DNA from: Eledone cirrhosa
Lineage: Eukaryota
NCBI GenBank assembly: GCA_964016885.1
Contig: OZ024742.1
Span: 279,868,001-279,932,000, forward strand
Direction: 5' to 3'
Length of the DNA stretch: 64,000 nt
Numbering within the stretch: the stretch's first letter is position 1; every line of letters begins with the position of its first letter. The position numbers and the translations under genes are program-made. The notes below the pieces were generated by a model that saw nothing but the letters and a program-made list of their open reading frames with translations, made no database searches and was not told the DNA's origin. Shown here in pieces: positions 57,064 to 64,000 of the stretch.

Positions 57064-57340
57064 ATTTCTCAAAAGTATTGCACCTATCATAATATACAGT
57101 ATTATTTGATATGTATATTGTAGTAAGTATATGACATGTGTTATCTGGTGAATTTATAAAGAAAGGACAGAATATATGTATTTCATATTTTTCAATCCGT
57201 TGTGTTACATACAACTCTTATCTCATGTTATTTCTACATAGAATTGTTCACCAATAATTCTATTAGGCAGATAATAATTCTCAGTGATTAATGTGCAGTA
57301 AGAAGTCGCCCACACTGAACGTTGCATAAAACAGACAATT

Positions 57341-57402
<62 letters not shown>

Positions 57403-57408
57403 ACACAC

Positions 57409-57465
<57 letters not shown>

Positions 57466-58084
57466 TAGTACGAGCGAAACTCTCAAGAGTCGGCACTAGA
57501 AGAATTTTGGTAAAGTTTATATACATTTTTTCTTCAAACTTACATTTTAGACTTAGCTCCGCTTTAATTGATTATTTGTCTAGTTAATTTCTACGGACTA
57601 AGAGGGAAGCCTAGGTAAATTGTATGTGACTGTTCCTCACGGAGGAAAGTCTGTGACATTTATCTGTTATTTCTTCAAAGTTACATTTTAAATTTAGCTC
57701 CGTTTAATTTATTTATCGAGTTGATTTCTACGGACTAAGGAGGAAAAGAATTGGATATATAGTTTGTCTAACTGTTCTTCAAACTTATAATTTTATATAT
57801 ATATGTGTGTGTGTGCGTGTGTGTATGTATGTATGTATGTATGTATGTATGTATGTATGTATGTATGTATGTATGTATGTATGTATGTATGTATGTATAT
57901 CTGCGTGTCTGTGTGTGTTGTGTGTCTATAGTTATATAAATAATCATGCACACATATAAAACAAAATATATGTATGTAAAAGTTAAACAGAAATAACAAC
58001 AGAAATAACAAGGTACAGTATATGGAAAGGATATATACGGTACAGTATATGGAAAGGTTAACGCTTGATGTAGCAGGAAGAGGG

Positions 58085-58120
58085 TCTTAACGTTTCGGAC
58101 GCTAGTCCTTCATCAGAAGA
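58085..58120 (-). ncRNA. Minimal hammerhead in the PLE 3' repeat
   Basis: TCTT-CTGATGA-AGGAC-tagc-GTCC-GAAA-CG-TT-AAGA. Confidence 0.8.
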
Positions 58121-60029
58121 AAGAATGAGAAATAAGATAGATTGAGGGGACGGGCGTGTTGGAATTGGAAAAAATATCTTTAGATAAAAATAACAGGTCT
58201 ATTCATGTTGACATCTCTTGGAAAACTGTTGGTGGTGGCGTTTTGTGTATGATTTATTTTTTAGAAAAGTGGATGATGGTGTGCATCTACCTGAAATGGA
58301 AAGAAACCGTTTTGTAAAAAGAGCTATACTTGTGCACGTGCGTAATCATGTGTGTGTGCGTGTGCGCGTGTGTGTGTGTATGTGTGTGTATGTTATTAAA
58401 CACCCGTACGAATCTAATAAGAAATGTGTAAGTAAAATAGTTTGTGTGCATGAAAGTACGAAGCTATTAGCAAAAGTATGTTAATATAAGGGTGTGTATG
58501 GGATTGGTTCAGTGCACAGTCTTTCCTCACTTTAAAAAATATCTTCACGCACAGGCATTGCATGATAGAATAAATTAATAATTAGTAATAATGGTATATC
58601 GTGCAATGGCCATACACGATAACGGGGAGGCAGCCATGATATGTGTATACAGAGTTGTGAAGGGAAAAGTGGAGTGAGCATATATAGTCGGTCTGTATTA
58701 GTTGTAAGAGAAGATTGTATTGATCAAGAGAGAGCGATAGGAATCTAGGAGTGAATGTACAAGCGCGTGTAATAACGGACGGGTATTAAAGAAATTGGGG
58801 AGGTGAGTTGAGTACAAGACGGGAATACGACCCAAGGTGGTGAATCAGACATGTTCAGTCCTTGTGCGCCATGCCTGTGATCCAGGATGTAAAAGGACAC
58901 CCAGGACTGAAACATGTTGGGAAGAATGACCATACGGCGTCCCGTTTGTACGATGCATGAAGACCCGCAAAGGGAACACCGGAGGGCATAGCCAACGTGG
59001 GTAGATGTGCAGGTGAAAGAGTGGCGGATACGGAAAGATCCGTTAATGCCTATAAGGATGGTGAGGGTGGAAATGAAGGGTGTTGCAGCGGGGACAATAA
59101 CAAGGATGAGAGCCGGGTGCAGTCGTGGGAGAGGACTAGAAAGAACTGCGAACCAAGAAGTCACGGAGGTTGCGGGCGCGCTTAATGCAGTAATGGGTGG
59201 GTTTGGAAAAAAGTGAGAAGTGACGGGGTCAGAAGAGAGGATGCGGAAGGAACGGAGGATATGTCGCCGGAGTGGTAGGGTGATGGAGTGGCAGGTGAGA
59301 TGAAAATGAACGCGGCTGTTGGGAGGGCGGGGGTGAGGTGAGAGGGCTGTGGTGCGGTCTGTTTCACGGGCGCGGGTGAGAGCAGCTTTGATCAGGGTGG
59401 GGAGGGGATATCCACGGTGGATGAAGTAGGAAGCCATGTGAAGGGAATGGGTTTCGAAATCGTCGTCCAGGCTACAGAGCCGACGAAGACGGAGGAATTG
59501 GGTATAGCGTATGGAATGTTGGTGTGGGTTGGATGGGAGGGGGTGAAGTCAAGGTAAAAGTGGGAGTCTGTTGGTTTAATGAAGATGGAAATAGAGAGCG
59601 TGTGGTGAGAGTGATTAATAGATAGAGATATATCTAAAAAAGCGACAGATGAATCGGAGACGGAGGCGGTAAAAGTGAGAGCAGGATGGAAATATAGGTC
59701 AAAAGAAATAAAGCAATCGAGCTGCTCTCGTGACAGAAAGGTGGCGCTGATACAATCGTATGCTGAGAAGTCGGTCCAGCGTACTGGGAGAAGATCTGGG
59801 CTTCGACGTAGCCAACAAACAAGTTGGCATAGTTCGGACACATTCTGGTTCCCATCGCTACCCCAGAGACCTGCTGATAGAATTCACCTGAAAAGGAAAA
59901 GCCATTGAACGTAAGAACAAGCTCAGCCAGATTGAGAACAGTGGGGGTGCTGGGGTAAGGGATAGGGCGTAAGTCTAAACAATTTGGGAGTGCGCGGATG
60001 CTGTCATCATGAGGGATAATGGTATAGAG

Positions 60030-60833
60030 CAGCGGTTCCCAACCTTTTATAATAAATTCCACCTTAATGATATAGCAAAACAGTATGGCCCCCTCAAGAA
60101 ATTAAAATTTTTGATATAATTTTTTTATGTAGAAATAATTTCGGCATGTCTTTTTATTTCAATCAAATTATTTAAAATTTATTATAAACCCTTTTTCGAC
60201 AAAAAACATTAAAATAAGAACATATTATTTAATTTCCAAATACAAATTAATGAGATTTCTGATTTCCTTTTAATAAAAGATTCATCTTTTCCAAGTAGTT
60301 CAGGGTGACATTTTGAAAGATGTAATTTGAGCTTAGAAGGCTTCATAGAGTCATTTCGCAGTACCTTGAAACAAGTTACACATTGAGGCATATTCAATAT
60401 TGTTCTTTTGCATGCAAACAAATCCCATTTGAAGATATGTATCATCATACTTTCTTTTTTCCTGTTTTTCTGACATTGAGAAATTCACTAAAATAAATTA
60501 AAAAAAGTTTCTATATCCAGTTTTAAATGAGAAATTTACTAAAATATATAATATATATCCTATTGTAAAAATAAGTTTCTTTACTAAGTTTATTTACTAA
60601 AACATAAATTGTTATATCCAGATTTAAATAATTATCAAGTGAAGTAAAATCATAATTAGCAAAGGTAGAAAGTTGACAAAAAGTTGAATATTAAAAATTT
60701 GAAGCAAGAAAAAGAAAAGAATTATGTTAGGAAACTACTCTTCTTTTTTATGTATGAAATTAATTCACGTGGCTCCCCCAACAACTTGCTATGGCCCACT
60801 GCGAGGCCCTGGTGCCCTGGTTGGGAACCAATA
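60030..60833 (-). mobile_element. Internally deleted hAT (Buster/Charlie-type) DNA transposon nested in the PLE RT
   Basis: TIRs CAGCGGTTCCCAACC / GGTTGGGAACCAATA; 8-bp TSD GTATAGAG (60022-60029, 60834-60841); BED-like PQCVTCFKVLRNDSMKPSKLKLHL. Confidence 0.88.
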
Positions 60834-61869
60834 GTATAGAGAGAGTTGATAACCAGGGTAAAGAGAAGGCGAGAGGGACTAGGAGGGAAGGAGAAGGAGT
60901 TGATGAATCGGCTGGCATGATTGGTGGTCGTGGATGTGGGAAGGGAGATTGCCGACCAACGGGGCGAGGATGGTGTCTATAAATTCAGAAATGATCTCGG
61001 TGGGAATTTGCACGCAGAAACGATAGGACGGCCGGGATTATTTTGTTTGTGTATTTTGGGGAGTAAGTAGATGGTGGGTGTGCGAAGGGTGCGTACAATA
61101 ACGTTGGTGGTTGAGGGGGTAAGAGAGAAGAGGAGATAAGCTCGTGGATGGAGGAAGACACGAGTTGTTGGTAGCCAGGAGTGGGGTCGGAGGATAAAGG
61201 GCGGTAAAAAAGGATATTGTGAAGCTGGTGGAGAGCCTCAGCCCTATAGAAATCCACGCTCCAAACCACCAGAGCGCCACCATTGTCAGCAGGTTTGATG
61301 ACAATGTCATGACGCCGAAAGTTGCGAAGTGTGGGGAGCTCACTCCTAGTGATGCCTAGTGACGAGAATACTGGTGGAAACGGAACCGATTCACAGTACG
61401 TCGGCAAATATCGACAAAGGAGTCGAGGGTGCTGAACTGGCCAGAGCTCGGCGTCCAATGTGATTGCCGGCGACTGAGACGAGTGAAGTCATCCGTCTGT
61501 GTCGATGATGGCGTGTCGTGAAAAAAAGGTTTCAGCTTCAATCGACGGAAGAACCCTCCAATATCGTCCCGTGTGCTGAACTCGTCGCAGGTAGATGTAA
61601 TTGGCTTGTGAGTATATATATATATATATACTACCAGCAGTACCAAGCGTTTCCTGGGTAGGTAAAATAATATCTGCTTTGATAAAAAAGTGTTGATCTT
61701 AGCGACTGCTTCTCGATGACTCATCTATGGCCACACACAAGCCATGCGGGGGAGGGTGGTGGATACCTCTATCACTGAGAAACGCGGGTGACTGACGAAG
61801 CGGCAAGCTGGGGGACGGAGGTAATGACCTCTAACACTAAGCCAAATTTCCTCACGCTACTTGATTGGA

Positions 61870-62927
61870 AACCGATGAATTCTCAAATACACAACTAAAA
61901 GCTCAGACGACGTCAGTGGTCATCGTTTTGCCTTTGACCATCTATAAGGTGTGCAATAATAGGTTCTATCGTAGTATAAAAATTGAACCAAATAAATTGA
62001 TTTATGTGTGAGGTGGAGCCGAAGTTTCAAATTTGAATGAAATCGGTTGAAAAATGTGGGAGCTAATGATAGGTCTCCGTCCTTGAACAAAAATGCAAAG
62101 TGTAAAGCTACTATAAGATGTGCAATGATAGGTTCTATCGTAGTATAACAGTTGAACCAAATAAATTGATTTATGTGTGAGGTGGAGCCGAAGTTCGAAT
62201 TTGAACGAAATCGGTTGAAAAATGTGAGAGCTAATGATAGGTTCTATCGTAGTATAAAAGTTGAACCAAATAAATTGATTCATGTGTGAGGTGGAGCCGA
62301 AGTTTCGAATTTGAACGAAATCGGTTGAAAAATCTGGGAGCTAGAGCCGAAAAGGCGGAAATTTGAGCGAAAAGATGGTATTTTCGAATATTTAAGCGGC
62401 TGCCACGCCGTTCTGGAACAAAAAATCCAAAATGAAAAGCCACTTTAAGACGTGAAATAAACAGATCTAGCGTAGTGTAAAATGTGAACAAAGTAGGTTG
62501 ATCAATATGTGCGCTAGAGCCGAAAAAGTGGAAATTTGAGTCTAAAAGTGGTATTTCTGAATATGTAAGCGGCTTCCTCGCCGTCCCTGAACAACAAATG
62601 AAAGATATAACGCCATTACAGGATGTGGAATGATAAATTCTATTTTGCTTTAAAATATGAACGAAATCGGTGGCAAAATGTGGGAGTTAGAGTCAAAAAT
62701 CTTATTTTTCGATACCTAAAAAAAGGTGCCCCCATACAGAATTTTATCTGCAAAATGACGCTGGAATAAAATAAACGATACGCTGATACATAGAAAACAC
62801 TCCCCGATAAGTACTCTAAGAGTCTGTAAAGTTTCATGAAAATCGGTCGTAAAATGTAGGCCCCTATAGGTAATACACAGACACACACACACAAACACAC
62901 ACATACTTAATTTTATATATATATAGA
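61870..62927 (-). mobile_element. Non-autonomous Helitron-like element with internal tandem repeats
   Basis: Minus-strand 5' end TCTATATATATAAAA followed by a (TG) tract and CCGATTTTCATGAAACTT; repeated ATAGGTTCTATCGTAGTATAA..GAAATCGGTTGAAAAATG units. Confidence 0.6.
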
Positions 62928-63329
62928 GACATATATATACATATATATATATTCAGGTTTGAGGTTCACCACTGTATAGAGCTGGTCTATTCCGTATGGT
63001 CAATCGTAATGCAATAATATAGAGAGTACTCAGTTGCCTTTCTTCTTTTAACTGACATTAACCCTGGCTTCTCTTCTTCTTTCTTCCCCCTTCTTCTCTC
63101 TCCTTCCTTTCTTTCATTCTTTTACCTTGTTTCATGAGATTGACGTTAACTTAGGTTCCCATCCCTTTCTGCTTTCGTTTATCTGGCCGGTAGTAGCATA
63201 CTATAAATTTTAGCCACGTCACTCCAGGGCGACCGGCTGAGGTTGAAGGAACAGAATAGCGGTCGCCCTCTGGTCCTCGATTTTCAGCCCCATGGATTTT
63301 ATTTATTACATTCACGTATTATATTTCGA

Positions 63330-63387
63330 ATACCTGATGATATCACCGGATTCATACGGAACCCGGTCATTGAAATGATCATAGTAT
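63330..63387 (+). ncRNA. Minimal hammerhead (decayed homolog ~31203-31262)
   Basis: ATAC-CTGATGA-..ACCGG..TTC-atac-GGAACCCGGT..-GAAA-TGATCA-TA-GTAT, then AATAAA; downstream sequence shared with the 31.2 kb copy. Confidence 0.75.
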
Positions 63388-63441
63388 AATAAACCTTTCA
63401 AGGATTTACACAAATCCAGCCTCCTGTCATTTCAATATAAT

Positions 63442-63512
<71 letters not shown>

Positions 63513-63514
<2 letters not shown>

Positions 63515-64000
63515 TAGCAGAATGGCCCGTCGTTGCTCGGGCTTCTAAACATCGATTGGCATGTTTACCCCTCCTTTCTGAAACAGTACAGAGACGTACG
63601 GAATACCTCGGCCTGGGGGTGGTGTCTACATTTTGTGCTTAGGCAAATAATTTTCCATTAAGATCTTTCAAAAGCTTGTAATTGCGTTCCCTTCTTTCTT
63701 GTTGTTGTTTTTGCTGCTGTTGGTGTTATAGCAGCCGTTGGTCGTACTACTAACACAGTCTCGTCCTTCTTCAGCCAGTCGTGTATATCCTCTTCTGCCT
63801 CGTATAACTAAACAATGATTGTAGCTCCTCCTTGTACACAATGTTCCTTGTTCTTCCGTGTCGGGCATATGCAAGGAAATTGGTATTGCTTCCCACTCTT
63901 GAGCAACCAACGTATAGTTGCCCGTGTGAAAACCAACCTCTTCCAAAAGAAGACCAGCAACAGGGAGGGTCTTACGCTGGGATTTGTTGATAGACATTGC
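63513..64000 (-). mobile_element. Helitron 3' end
   Basis: Helicase remnant MSINKSQRKTL..AGLLL, 3' hairpin GCCCGAGCAACGACGGGC and CTAG terminus followed by T. Confidence 0.85.

Larger units (their letters stand above)
58060..61830 (-). mobile_element. Decayed Penelope-like element (Neptune-like RT-GIY-YIG)
   Basis: Frameshifted fragments FFRRLKLK, IVIKPADNGGALVVW, LYTIIPH, YQQVSGVAMGTRMCPNYANLFVG, FLDISL, KPTDSH, RGYP, FTCTSTHVGYALRCSLC..TGR; hammerhead at the 3' end. Confidence 0.88.

Overview
Repeat-dominated, AT-rich eukaryotic (animal) DNA, full of (TA)n/(CA)n/(TATG)n microsatellites and one abundant SINE family. It resembles coleoid cephalopod (Octopus-like) non-coding DNA; that assignment is inferred from repeat style only. 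No host protein-coding exon could be supported, and most ORF-track entries are microsatellite artefacts. Recognisable elements: a near-intact L1/Tx1-clade LINE (35329-41134, minus; ORF1 zinc knuckle, ORF2 APE-RT-CCHC, 12-bp TSD) next to a truncated relative; two decayed Penelope-like elements (PLEs: a Naiad-like GIY-YIG remnant at about 43.6-45.9 kb and a Neptune-like copy at 58.1-61.8 kb, interrupted by a hAT/Buster element); RTE-type LINE fragments, Helitron pieces, a Tigger-like MITE and about 12 SINE copies. The most striking signal is non-coding. There are about 15 or more minimal type I hammerhead ribozyme motifs (CUGANGA-stem II-GAAA-palindromic stem III-UH), read by eye. Many sit as head-to-head, outward-pointing pairs in small asymmetric fold-back insertions of several unrelated families, mostly embedded in (TA)n. 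One young ~1 kb insertion (51884-52898) has an 11-bp TSD, a ~450-470-nt tandem monomer and a 3' end exactly at the predicted ribozyme cleavage site. This points to a system of non-autonomous, ribozyme-processed retroelements (retrozyme/PLE-like) that integrate by a fixed-site twin-priming or fold-back route.
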